Virus record (IMG/VR): IMGVR_UViG_3300005253_000005 | Reading direction: 5' to 3' (one strand) | DNA from: an uncultured virus (IMG/VR IMGVR_UViG_3300005253_000005) | Lineage: Duplodnaviria > Heunggongvirae > Uroviricota > Caudoviricetes | Length of the DNA stretch: 64,000 bases | Shown here: positions 9,893 to 19,768 of the stretch, one piece after another | How positions within the stretch are numbered: the first letter of the stretch is position 1 | Layout of the letters: every line of letters begins with the position of its first letter | Made by a program: the position numbers and the translations under genes | Notes under the pieces: generated by a model | What the model saw: only the letters and a program-made list of their open reading frames with translations | Told to the model about the DNA's origin: nothing | The model's database searches: none

Positions 9893-10603
9893 CTAATTGA
9901 CTTTTTCTGCCTCTATGATATTACTGGCATCTAAATCTGGAGCAGGATTCCCAGGAAGTAAAGCTGCGAATTCAGACATAAATACTCTGGCTCTGTCAGA
10001 TGGACTCTGATAACCATTACATCGTGTAAAGGCATGAGTGATAGCAGCAATAATACCGTCCATGAATTCCTGCTTGATAACATTGCTTTCTTTTTCTCTG
10101 ATTAGCTTTGCATCTTTAGCTATGCGGCTAATAACTTTGAGAGACTGAAGAATAAGCTCTCTGTCTAGACTGTTATTATTGCTACCCTTACTATCTTTAC
10201 TACCTTTATTGTTATTATCTTTCTTCTTAAGAAGTTCTGCTAGAACGATACGAGCAACAGCTAACTCTTCACCTAAGTCAGTTGTGTAAAGCTGTTCTAT
10301 GAATTCTGGAAAGGCTGTCAGCTCTCTACGGATATTCTCATAGCCTTTCCAGAGACGCTGTGGATCATATATACTAGCAGAATCTTTAGCTAGAGCTAAA
10401 CCCTTTTCTGTAGCTTTCCAGGTTCCTCCATGCCGTCTACATCTCCAGCGTGGAGCGATTGGAGTACCTTTGCAAATAAGGCCAGGACGACCTAATTCTT
10501 CACCACAGATAAGTGTTCCAGTCTCTTCATCAAAAACAGGTTCTTTGTCTTTGACAAGAGCTACAGCAACACTCCCACCGATCCTTTGCCTTTCGTTAAC
10601 CAT
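9893..10603 (-). CDS. terS: Terminase small subunit-like protein
   Basis: C...C...RCRRHGG motif; immediately upstream of TerL. Start moved to ATG 10603 (RBS AGAGGT) because the track's TTG at 10642 lies in a TTGACA -35 box. Confidence 0.65.
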   Translation of the reverse strand: MVNERQRIGGSVAVALVKDKEPVFDEETGTLICGEELGRPGLICKGTPIAPRWRCRRHGGTWKATEKGLALAKDSASIYDPQRLWKGYENIRRELTAFPEFIEQLYTTDLGEELAVARIVLAELLKKKDNNNKGSKDSKGSNNNSLDRELILQSLKVISRIAKDAKLIREKESNVIKQEFMDGIIAAITHAFTRCNGYQSPSDRARVFMSEFAALLPGNPAPDLDASNIIEAEKVN

Positions 10604-10613
10604 ACTACCTCTA

Positions 10614-10689
10614 CATATATAATAAAGCGAGTGAATTGTCAAGCCCCTCTATAGATAGGCTTGACAAATAGCTCTAGGTGTGATAGGAA
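10614..10689. promoter_or_regulatory. Back-to-back divergent -35 boxes forming an inverted repeat (TGTCAAGCC...GGCTTGACA)
   Basis: TTGACA on minus at 10637-10642 (toward terS) and on plus at 10661-10666. The -10 boxes are imperfect (TATATG, TAGGAA). Confidence 0.5.
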
Positions 10690-10795
10690 CGAATAGGGTA
10701 CTAGGTCGTAGTATTCTCCTTCTGGTCTAGCTGGCTAGTGATTGCGCCAGCTGATAAGGGGCTGGGATAGGTGGCTCAGCCCCTTATTTTATTTG
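10690..10795 (+). ncRNA. Candidate small RNA (~105 nt, three hairpins)
   Basis: Non-coding stretch between the plus-strand -35 box and a plus-strand terminator. Hairpins GGGTACTA/TAGTATTC and AGCTGGC/GCCAGCT flank a single-stranded CTCCTTCTGGTCT. Confidence 0.45.
10754..10795 (+). terminator. Rho-independent terminator
   Basis: ATAAGGGGCTG(G)G...CTCAGCCCCTTAT followed by TTTATTT. Confidence 0.8.
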
Positions 10796-10814
10796 TCTGT
10801 GTCGTCTAATTCAC

Positions 10815-10843
10815 TTGACAAAACTACAGACTTATGTTAGTAT
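10815..10843 (+). promoter_or_regulatory. sigma70-type promoter of the plus-strand operon
   Basis: TTGACA-N17-TAGTAT with TG extension; spacer ends AGACTTATGT. Confidence 0.7.
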
Positions 10844-10858
10844 TACTTTGTCGAGATT

Positions 10859-11083
10859 ATGCCGCGAGCGGTAGCAGTTCCAACTTATGACTACTCAGGA
10901 TTGCTTCAGTTCATACCTGAAGAGAAGTGGTGTACGACTAGATATCTTCAGGAGAAGCTCGACAAAAGCCGTATCTGGGTGATAAACAGGTTATGGGTCG
11001 CATTTCATGACGGAGTTGTAGAATACAAAGAAGTAATTAACAAACGCGATAGAGTAGCTTATGCTTGGAGGCTAGTTTCATGA
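10859..11083 (+). CDS. Small winged-HTH-like protein
   Basis: TTRYLQEKLDKSRIWVINRLW..F.DGVVE...YAWRL pattern; first gene after the promoter. Confidence 0.5.
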   Translation: MPRAVAVPTYDYSGLLQFIPEEKWCTTRYLQEKLDKSRIWVINRLWVAFHDGVVEYKEVINKRDRVAYAWRLVS

Positions 11084-11319
11084 GAAGTTGGATAATGCTT
11101 ATTGTTACATTAAGCATCTTAGTAGTAATATCACTTATAATAATCTTCAGTTCTAACAGTAATAATAGTACAGATGTTAGATGTAAAGAAACTTCTGATA
11201 CCGTCGGTGAATATAAAGCTTGCATAGCATTTCAGCGATGTTACGATGAATTTGAAGACAATATTGATCTGCAAGCTAGTTGCATTGCAGACCTAATTCA
11301 GGGAAGGAACCCGTTTTAA
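11080..11319 (+). CDS. Small membrane-anchored protein with four Cys
   Basis: N-terminal hydrophobic segment (MRSWIMLIVTLSILVVISLIII); ATGA overlap with the upstream gene. Confidence 0.6.
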   Translation: MRSWIMLIVTLSILVVISLIIIFSSNSNNSTDVRCKETSDTVGEYKACIAFQRCYDEFEDNIDLQASCIADLIQGRNPF

Positions 11320-11321
11320 TA

Positions 11322-11771
11322 ATGAAAGAAGTAAACAGTAACTTATGGGACAGTAATGCAGATATTATAGTTATCACTACTAATGGAGCAACAAGAAAAG
11401 ATGGTGCTGCTATCATGGGACGTGGAGTAGCACTACAGGCCAAACAGAGGTATCCTGGTATTGAACACGTACTAGGAAGACTTATTAGAGAGAACGGCAA
11501 TCACGTAAGTCTTATAACTGGTAATATTCCAAAGATTGTCAGTTTTCCTGTTAAGCACCACTGGCGCGAGAGAGCAGATCTGAAACTTATTAACCAAAGC
11601 GTTATTGAATTAGTTCAACTTGTTGATAGAGGAACCTCTTTTTTCCAAAAGTATCTCACTGTTGCTCTACCAAGACCAGGATGTGGTAACGGCAGACTAA
11701 GATGGGAAGAAGTTAGGTCTATTATCAGACTCATCTTAGACGACAGATTTACAATATATAATAATGACTAA
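11322..11771 (+). CDS. Macro-domain (ADP-ribose binding/processing) protein
   Basis: NLWD...IVITTN...MGRGVALQAKQRYP...FPVKHHW...ALPRPGCGNGRLRW, typical of Poa1p/DarG-like macro domains. Confidence 0.8.
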   Translation: MKEVNSNLWDSNADIIVITTNGATRKDGAAIMGRGVALQAKQRYPGIEHVLGRLIRENGNHVSLITGNIPKIVSFPVKHHWRERADLKLINQSVIELVQLVDRGTSFFQKYLTVALPRPGCGNGRLRWEEVRSIIRLILDDRFTIYNND

Positions 11772-11863
11772 TTTCTTTCATCAACTAGAGAGATACTTAA
11801 CTTCGCACGGCTGCCAAGTGCCACAACATCACATTTCTGCTATGATGTACAGAAAGAGAAAGC

Positions 11864-12142
11864 TTGACTGTCGTGAAGCCGGAATCTCTATCTGGTTCCA
11901 GCAGCACTAGCTCTATGGAAACCTGTCCAACTTGCAGCCAAGTAACAGACAAGTATACTGAAGGCTTAGTTCAAGCAAGGATAGCCACTAGACCTTTTGC
12001 TAGTCCTGGTCAGGTGCGACATATAACTAAGCTTGAAGCAGAGTTAAAAACAGCTAACACCTGGATAGACACGAAATGCACTATTGCTAGCTGCTGGAAA
12101 TCTAAATATGAGACTCTGATAGCAGAACTGAAAAAGGAGTGA
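11864..12142 (+). CDS. Hypothetical protein
   Basis: ORF in the plus-strand operon; GTGA overlap with the next gene. Confidence 0.55.
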   Translation: MTVVKPESLSGSSSTSSMETCPTCSQVTDKYTEGLVQARIATRPFASPGQVRHITKLEAELKTANTWIDTKCTIASCWKSKYETLIAELKKE

Positions 12143-12357
12143 TACTTACAGACGGTGTTCACTTAGTTAGCGATACTAGCCTAGAAGAATTACACAGCTT
12201 CGCGCAAAACATGGGCTTGAAACGTCATTGGTTTCAGGTTCACAGAAGTCATCCGCATTATGACTTAACGACAACGAGAGCTTCTGAGCGAGCTTTAATG
12301 TATGGCGCAACTAAAGTAACAGGCAGAGAGCTTGTTAAGCGCATGGTAAGGAGATAG
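12139..12357 (+). CDS. DUF4031-family protein
   Basis: HLVSD...EELHSFAQNMGLKRHWFQ...HPHYDLT...ALMYGA. Confidence 0.8.
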   Translation: MILTDGVHLVSDTSLEELHSFAQNMGLKRHWFQVHRSHPHYDLTTTRASERALMYGATKVTGRELVKRMVRR

Positions 12358-12359
12358 CC

Positions 12360-12533
12360 ATGAAGAAACTAAGAGCAAATAAGATTCTGCGCGATGCACT
12401 AGAGATCTGGGAAGAGTATTGGCCGCATATTAACAAACTTAGTTCGCCATACGACAGATACCTAATCCGTCATCTAGATATAGGTCTACGGTATATAGCA
12501 GAATTAGTAGAATCTGCAAAGAATTCTGATTAG
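12360..12533 (+). CDS. Small hypothetical protein (57 aa)
   Basis: RBS AGGAG; MKKLRANKILRDALEIWEEYW...; below the ORF-track cutoff. Confidence 0.55.
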   Translation: MKKLRANKILRDALEIWEEYWPHINKLSSPYDRYLIRHLDIGLRYIAELVESAKNSD

Positions 12534-12545
12534 GAGGAAATAACC

Positions 12546-12752
12546 GTGGTAGAAGATCTAACGAACCAGGAACGCCAGCGCGATCTTATAAATCAGGTAG
12601 TGCGCCATACTATATAGGATGTGAAGGCAATAGGAGCACTTCTATTAGTAGACATTATGCCAGAATACCGAGCAGGGTTTGTTAAACTAATAGAGTTACT
12701 GTATGAGATACAGATTACTACTGACTCAATGCCGCGGAAAACTGAAAATTAG
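12546..12752 (+). pseudogene. Small ORF interrupted by one in-frame TAG (12615-12617)
   Basis: Strong RBS GGAGGA and GTG start; the frame continues 44 sense codons after the TAG. Confidence 0.4.
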
Positions 12753-12962
12753 TTATCCATCTGTGACAGGGTGAGGTAAGCAAATCGGCCAACGGCGCAA
12801 TTTCGAGCGCCTCTGATTATCTGAATGCTACCAGACACACTACATTGACAGTAAGACGAAGACAACGAAGCCGACGATGATTAGATATCCGATAACATGA
12901 ACGATGGCTCTCATGGCTCTCACGTTGCGTCTCCTTTGATTCTGATGGGCTATGTTGGGTGC

Positions 12963-13000
12963 AAAAATAAGAGGGGTAAGTGTCGGGTTACTTACCCCTC
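12963..13000 (-). terminator. Rho-independent terminator
   Basis: GAGGGGTAAGT/ACTTACCCCTC stem with TTATTTTT on minus, just after the stop of 13012-13497. Confidence 0.85.
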
Positions 13001-13011
13001 TAGTTACTGAC

Positions 13012-13497
13012 CTAGCTCTTCAAGAATGCGATGGCGTCCGATGGCTTACCGTCACGAACTACTTTCACCTTGCGGCCCGCTAGCTTATCAAGGAAGGCGG
13101 GCTTGCGGATGAAGCGCTCCGGTGAGTCTTTATCGTAGACATCCTTGGCACGCTCCACGTTGTAGATAGCGGCGATAAGCTTGCTCGCCATCGGTGAGCC
13201 GATGTCTTTGCCACCGACCACCCATGATGTCACCTTAGCCTGACGGCCAAGAGACGGGGACTTGTCACCACCGAGGCCACCACCACGCCACGTTGCGGCT
13301 TCGTGATTCACCACGATGGAGCCGACGCTATCCGCGTCTATCCGCTTGGCCTTACATGCCGACCGGAAAGCCGATAGCACCTTGGCCGCGATACCGTCAC
13401 GCGCCTTTACGATGCGCTCGTCTTCCTTAGCGGCATCCGCTTTGGCCGTCTTCAGTGTAGCCTTAGCGTCATCTATCGCTTGTCGCTTGCTCGTCAT
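13012..13497 (-). CDS. Basic early protein (coiled coil, Gly linker, C-terminal domain); paralog of 15029-15616
   Basis: Own promoter and terminator. Shares VE.AKDVY...SP with 15029-15616. Confidence 0.75.
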   Translation of the reverse strand: MTSKRQAIDDAKATLKTAKADAAKEDERIVKARDGIAAKVLSAFRSACKAKRIDADSVGSIVVNHEAATWRGGGLGGDKSPSLGRQAKVTSWVVGGKDIGSPMASKLIAAIYNVERAKDVYDKDSPERFIRKPAFLDKLAGRKVKVVRDGKPSDAIAFLKS

Positions 13498-13543
13498 CGT
13501 ATCTCATTCCTCTCACTACGAACCGTTGGCTCCCGACACTTAG

Positions 13544-13572
13544 ATCGTATCACGATGTGTCTATCATGTCAA
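13544..13572 (-). promoter_or_regulatory. sigma70-type promoter
   Basis: TTGACA-N17-TACGAT with TG extension. Confidence 0.75.
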
Positions 13573-14090
13573 GTGATAGAGACGCGATAGAGAACGTAGA
13601 TGTAAACTAGAAACCCTCTTCGTGTTTCGGGTGCAGATTATGTCAAGCAGTTTAGATACGGAAGCGTGAATGTTATGTCATCTTCTTTTGGATTAGTGAG
13701 GTTAGGGTAGAAGTAGAACAAAGTATCAGATATTCATTCATCTATACACTTGCCACCCTCTTCGTTATGTCTACCACTTCCCCGATGTATTTCGGTCTAG
13801 TCTCTTCATTATGTCTATTAGACATATGTTCTACAACCACCGGCTTCCGATACTAGAAACAGAGTGCCGGCTGTTTTGGATGATAGGTTAGGGTCTTCGA
13901 AGACCAGCTCTGCACCTAAATAGAAGATTAAAGGGTTTTTGACTTCGAAGTGCAGAATAGATAAGAAGAGTAGATTTCTGAATTTAATCTGCACCTGAAT
14001 CAGTATTTAAAGGGCAAAACAGTTTGACTTCTTGCACTCATCTTCGAAGAGCAGAGGAGAGTTGCAGATGCAGAGCAGATATTAAAGGGT

Positions 14091-14124
14091 AAAAGAAAGA
14101 GCAGGCCGGATGAGAAACCTGCTC
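14091..14124 (-). terminator. Rho-independent terminator
   Basis: GAGCAGG/CCTGCTC stem followed by TTTCTTTT on minus. Confidence 0.7.
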
Positions 14125-14138
14125 TCCCTCTGTAAGTG

Positions 14139-14411
14139 TTATGAGAATAGATGGTTCAGAGAGCGCTCCAACATCTTCTCAACGGCCTCTTCAGATGAAT
14201 CGCGGATGCCACTCCAATCACTCTCCCCATTCGGTTGAAGCGTTCCCATACCGACTCCGTAACCGTCTGCGAGGTCTTCGAAGCTGCAGCCCTTGTCTCT
14301 TGCCTGCGATATAAGGAACAACGAGAAGTTAGCACTGAAGAGCATTCCGTTTCGCACTCCCATAAAACTATCACCCTTCACAGCAATAGTAACGTCTTCA
14401 TACTTCGTCAT
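14139..14411 (-). CDS. Hypothetical protein (monocistronic)
   Basis: ATG 14411 after AAAGGAG; own promoter and terminator. Confidence 0.7.
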   Translation of the reverse strand: MTKYEDVTIAVKGDSFMGVRNGMLFSANFSLFLISQARDKGCSFEDLADGYGVGMGTLQPNGESDWSGIRDSSEEAVEKMLERSLNHLFS

Positions 14412-14457
14412 GCTTTGCACTCCTTTCACTCTGTCTTGTTTCTCATCCGTCAAGGCT

Positions 14458-14487
14458 ATTATACCATGATCCGAACCATCCGGTCAA
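14458..14487 (-). promoter_or_regulatory. sigma70-type promoter
   Basis: TTGACC-N18-TATAAT with TG extension. Confidence 0.7.
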
Positions 14488-15028
14488 GTCCTATAATGAA
14501 GAGATTCACAAACATACTGCATATTCGCAGCTATCTGGATAATCTACCCTGCACCCACTTCGAAGACCAGACCAGTAAACCAGCTCAGATTCAGTCTTTT
14601 AAAGGCGAAACACCAGAAACCTGCATTTTAAAGGGCCAAACTAAAACAGTCTGAACACATCAAACACATCTCCAAAGACCAGATTTAGATATAGCTGTAC
14701 GCTCTAAGCACGAATAATCAGATGTTTTACTATGCAATGAAGAGTGTCAGAGACCTTTCTTATCTACGCTACAACTGTACTATTCTGTACAGTCAGAGTC
14801 TCTGGTAATGGTTTTACCTACATGGTCTGAGTTAGTGTAAGTAGATACGAGCAAGTGTTTCTGGACGCTGTGGTTAGATAGCGGGTCGCATTCTATGTCT
14901 TAGTATAGGACAAGACCCCACAGCTCATAACTGTGAGGCCCTGTCCGGCTGCTATTCTATTAGACTTGTTAGTATTAGTTGTCAGGTGGCGAGTCGGGTC
15001 AACTAGCTATACCTGACACTGTGACGTG

Positions 15029-15616
15029 CTAGCTTTTCTTTTCGTATAGACTAACTAGCGGAACCTTCTGGCCATTCTCAAGGACAGCAACGAAGCCCTT
15101 GTCTTTGATCAGCTTCAAGTTCTCAGGCTGCATTGCTACAACATGAGGAGACTTTGTGCCGTAGACATCTTTAGCGACTTCTACACCATGAGCCACTCGG
15201 AGGACTTCACTCTCTGCTGTCTTCTCTAGAGGCTTGCCATGCAGCTCGATAGCCACTACATTGTTAGCCTTTAGGAAACTCTCGCCTCTGCTTCCGCCAC
15301 CACCTTTTCCACCAGCACCCTTGCCTGTTACTGCACCCACGAAGCCTTGGCCGTCCTCAGATGCGGCGATCTTAACAGTTAGAGGCACTAGCACCGAAGG
15401 CTCAATTTTAGCGTTGGCTGCATACTGAAGTATCGTGTCAACAAAGGCCGACGCGATCTTCTCTTTATGCTCCGAGAGCACAGACTTCTGAGCCTTAGTC
15501 TCACGCTTTGTTACGTTCTTCTCTATCTTAGCGATCTCTTCAGCCTGTGCTTCAGGCGAGAGCTTCGCTAGACGCTCCGCAATCTCCTGAATCTTTTCCC
15601 TAGTCGCAGTAGCCAT
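15029..15616 (-). CDS. Basic early protein (coiled coil, Gly linker, C-terminal domain); paralog of 13012-13497
   Basis: GKGAGGKGGGGS linker; VEVAKDVYGTKSP motif; own promoter. Confidence 0.75.
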   Translation of the reverse strand: MATATREKIQEIAERLAKLSPEAQAEEIAKIEKNVTKRETKAQKSVLSEHKEKIASAFVDTILQYAANAKIEPSVLVPLTVKIAASEDGQGFVGAVTGKGAGGKGGGGSRGESFLKANNVVAIELHGKPLEKTAESEVLRVAHGVEVAKDVYGTKSPHVVAMQPENLKLIKDKGFVAVLENGQKVPLVSLYEKKS

Positions 15617-15672
15617 TTCTACTTCCCTTCTTCTGGTCTATGACCAGACTATAGACCCAACTCGATGATCTT

Positions 15673-15701
15673 ATTATCGCCTATTTCTCTGGTAATGTCA
15701 A
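15673..15701 (-). promoter_or_regulatory. sigma70-type promoter
   Basis: TTGACA-N17-GATAAT. Confidence 0.65.
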
Positions 15702-17313
15702 GAGTAATTGGACGCGATAGACGCCTATTCCTTATTTTAGTGCCTGCTAAGTTAACGTATAAAGATACGTCTTTATTGCTAACTTTGCTATACGATATTG
15801 ACATTAGAGATTCTCTTGTTGTTCTTTTACTGACTCTTCTAGCTTCCGCGCATCCAAGTCTTCAGATATGCTACAACAGCTACTCCACCACATTCTGGAC
15901 ACTCTACTGCTCCAATACTTGCATGTTTAATCCATGTAATCCAACTGTTGCACGCAGTACAATATCCTTTTCGTTTCTTCGTCGCCGATGCCATGTTCGT
16001 ATCTCCTCTATCTGCACCTAAAACACTTCATAGATCAGTATAGTTACTACTGCGCCTACCTCTAGACCCATAAAGAAGCCGGTAAGCAGAAGGACTCTAT
16101 ATGTAAACTTCAGATCCATCGGCTTCATCTTGACACCCCTGACACGTCTGGCTTATTTTGAACTCTCTACGACTTTTGTTATCTCTGAAATGCTCTGGTT
16201 TTATTTGGTTTGTTCCACATGTAATACAAACAGGACTGTTACGATCTCTACTTGTGAATGTAAGTAAGGCTTCTTCCATTCCCGTTATGGTCGCCGTTTC
16301 TGTCTGTAGCGTCTTCGTCATCGTATCCATATTCCTCTCTGCATACCTTACAGTTCTTAACGTGTATCTCCCATACGGTTTTGGCTCTTCTTAGAGACAG
16401 AGCACGACCATAAGAGCCGCAGGCGAGATCATACTTAATAACTCTAACTTCTGCTATAAAGCCATCTTTTTGTAAGACAGTAGCAGGTACGGTCTTGATT
16501 ACTGGTGCTAGAGTTATCATCTGATTATATTATAGTCGGCGGATTCTCTTCTACTAATACTAGGCTTATTGAATCTACTGTCAGACTAAGTCGCAATTCT
16601 ATATCGTTACGAATCGTATCTCTTAGATGATTCAGGGATGCTTCGTCATTAGATCTTCCTCTGTTAACCTCAATTAGAGTAGTAGATATAGCCAGTGCGT
16701 AACGCGGCATCTTGGCTCTATCCCATTCAGACCGTGTAACCTTGACGTTAATCTTCTTCTTACGTGGCATCTTTTTGCTCCTCTCTATGAATTTTTCCTG
16801 TACTCTCAATCCATCTAGCTAAATGCTGAGCTGCACAGAAGTGATATATCCCAGGACTAATACTTATTGTCTGCTCCCAATGAGTATCCAGGGCTACACC
16901 TTCTAGCTTTATATCTGATGGCTCCCACCATCCAGAATGAGGGCCAATACTTATAGACAGATGGGGTGTCTGAACTGCTTCGTCATCACTTAGAATGATG
17001 TTACACCAGTCACAATGATAAACAGTAATCGTTGTTTTCATATCCTTCTATTCTCCTTTTTGCACCCAACTGAGAAGCTCAGATTAAACACTCTTTCGCC
17101 ACCCTGGATTTGCATCAGACATAGTTTCGAAGCTATCTAGACTAGCTAGAAGTTCATCTAGTTCGCTTATCTGATTATCTATAGCCTCCTTGATTTCTAT
17201 ACGACGATTAGTTGAATCTTCGTCTCTTACTTGGGCAGCTAGACCAGCAATAGCATCACCGCATAACTCTACTTCTTTCCACCTGATTGTGCTGTTATAG
17301 TTAGTCATTATTG

Positions 17314-17544
17314 TTATACTCCTTCTTCTAGTTGATCAGCAAGCTTCTGATAGTAAACCACTATTTGTGCTGCGTGTTTAATCCGTATAGAATAATCTTG
17401 TCTTGAAGATGTGACTAAACAAACAACAGCTGCCATTAACCACATCTTCTCATTCATCAGCCAGTCAGAATAATTTATGCTTTGCAAAAAGGCGTCTACC
17501 GTGACTTCTTCCGTCGCGCCTTCTGGTCTAATCAATTTCTTCAT
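17314..17544 (-). CDS. Hypothetical protein; paralog of 19769-20026
   Basis: MKKLIR...INYSDWLMNEKMWL. Confidence 0.7.
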   Translation of the reverse strand: MKKLIRPEGATEEVTVDAFLQSINYSDWLMNEKMWLMAAVVCLVTSSRQDYSIRIKHAAQIVVYYQKLADQLEEGV

Positions 17545-19768
17545 TGTTGCTACTCCTTTATACTATGCTATTGCTATTTGCAATCCTGTGAGCAGAGCCG
17601 TTCCTAGTATCATGGCGATAAGACTTATTAGTTCTTCACTATTCAAGATGCCTTCTCCCTATTCGCTCTACGCTCTAGTTGTTCAGGTAATCTGCTCCTG
17701 TTACGCTCCCGTATCAGTATCATGTACGGCGATAGATATTTTACAGGGTTCGCATTTATACCATTGACCGTTATGAGTATAGCTTGCCCCTTTAATAACT
17801 AGCTCTCTCTGACATTTTGGACAGGTCATATCTACTCCTTTTGTTGTTCTGCTTGTTCAGCCGTCAGCCCGCAGGCTTCTAGGAACCACTCGCGGTTGAA
17901 GCCACCGAAGTTGTGCCCCTCATTAGGGCGAGTGCAAAGCGCCATTGACTCATTATCGTCACCGCAGTTCCAACATCGGGTAGATGGCGGGTTGTCGGCG
18001 GCGAAGAGGTCAGCAAAGTCTAGACAGATACCTTTTACTTGAATCATAACCGGATGTGACGGATCAGCCTTAGATAGTAAGTCAGCTATACTTTTATAGT
18101 GCTGCTCTGTATAGATGCTCATAACTGCTTAGTCTCCTTTCTCCTCATTATCTGCACCTAAGATTACAGATGTAAGAGGGATGTGATTGATAAAAGACTT
18201 AACTACGTCGTCTTCCAGCGCATCTGCTTCAGAGTGTACGCCCTGGGTTATCTTATAGTAAGCCTGAGCATATTCGGGATGCTGTAATGCTATAATCATG
18301 CCAAGCCGGACTGAGGTGGTCGCAATTTCAGACCCTGGACGCCCCTGCATCGCGCTTGATGCTCCCATAAAGTGAGCTAATGTTCTAAGAAGAATCTCAC
18401 TGCCGGCTTCACTCTTATCGCTCATTTCTTTGCCACCTTCTCTCTTCTCTCTACTTCTACACCATACCTGTAGACGCCAGCATCATCTGTGATATTGCTA
18501 CCCATTGCTAGAAGCTTGCGTATCGCCCGAAAGACCAACTGGATTTTAGAGTCCTCGCAGCAGCGCCTGCAGAGTATCACGTCACCTAAGTCTCTATGCC
18601 GCAGATAGAACGTATCTTTGCAAAGGGCTTCTTCCTCACAATATTCGCACAGGTGAGTATGTTGCCCTTTAGAATCAAAGCCCGTTATCGGTATCTCCAG
18701 CATGTGCGGCATCTGCCTGATTCCTTTCTGAACAAACATTAGTCCAGCTCTCCCGCTATCTTCGCTTGGACATACTCTGCATAAGCTCGTTTAGAAGTTA
18801 CATCCTCTTTGTCTAGACCATGAGCTAAGAAGCCCTTCTCAAGTCTGCCGCCGTCCCACTGGACAGCGTATACCTCTGGATAATCTCCGTGGTAAGTATC
18901 ATATCCTATTCCGTTATCGTAGATAGAGTATCTGAGAGCAACTCTTCCACGTCGTACAGCACTGCTATCATCATAAGCATCAAGTCGTCTCTGAACTCTA
19001 TCACCTACATTCCAAACAGGCTTTAGGACAGGACAGGTCTTTATCTCTATCTTCCTCATCAGTTGACACTCCTTGTTCTGAATTGCACCTAACTTCGAAG
19101 CTCAGCCTTGTGTCTCATCTTTTCTCTCTCCTGAATAGGTCTCCTGCACAAACTCAGCCTCCATCCCCCTAAGATAACCCCGTTTATGCAGAATTGATGC
19201 AGCTGCTAAATCAACTGAAACCATTAGCTCTCCTAATGCTTTCAGCTCCTCATCCAACTCCCTTCGTATTCTCTTAATTTCCCGTTGTAGAGAAAACTTA
19301 GACATTACGTTTTTCCCTTCCACAAACTGTGCAGCGAAAACCTTTGTTGTTTTTCAATGATGTATGGACACGCTTCCCTTTGTATCTCTTATGCTGAAAC
19401 TCACTGGCTGGTATAGCCCATGAATCTGTTCGGTAAACAACAGGACAAGTACAAGGCAGTATCATCGTATCTCCTTTCTACCAGACCAGAGTAAATCTTT
19501 CTGGCTAGGTAAGGCAAGGCCAGCAAGCCCTTTAATAGCTAAGGTATTACCTGCCTTAACTAACCACTTCAGAGTATCTATACCTGTATGAATCTTATCC
19601 TCTCTAAATGGACATAACCAGCTTCTCACACCGCATTGCTTACATCGCTTCATCTGTTCGCCTTCTTCATGCACATATAACATCTATCTTTTCCGGCTCT
19701 GACGCGGATGCGCTTTCGCCTACCACATGAAGAACATCTTCGCCAAGGAATCTCTGTTTTTATCGTCA

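Noticed and set aside
10604..10642. ORF-track starts at 10642, 14453, 27131 and 49032
   Set aside because: They fall in or next to promoter boxes; downstream ATGs with RBSs are better starts.
12615..12617. Genome-wide TAG recoding
   Set aside because: Large conserved genes are intact under code 11, several end at TAG in tight junctions, and I saw no suppressor tRNA.
13620..13648. TTATGTCAAG resembles the XerD arm of a dif site
   Set aside because: No XerC-like arm ending in ATAA six bases upstream, and TTATGTC is reiterated locally.
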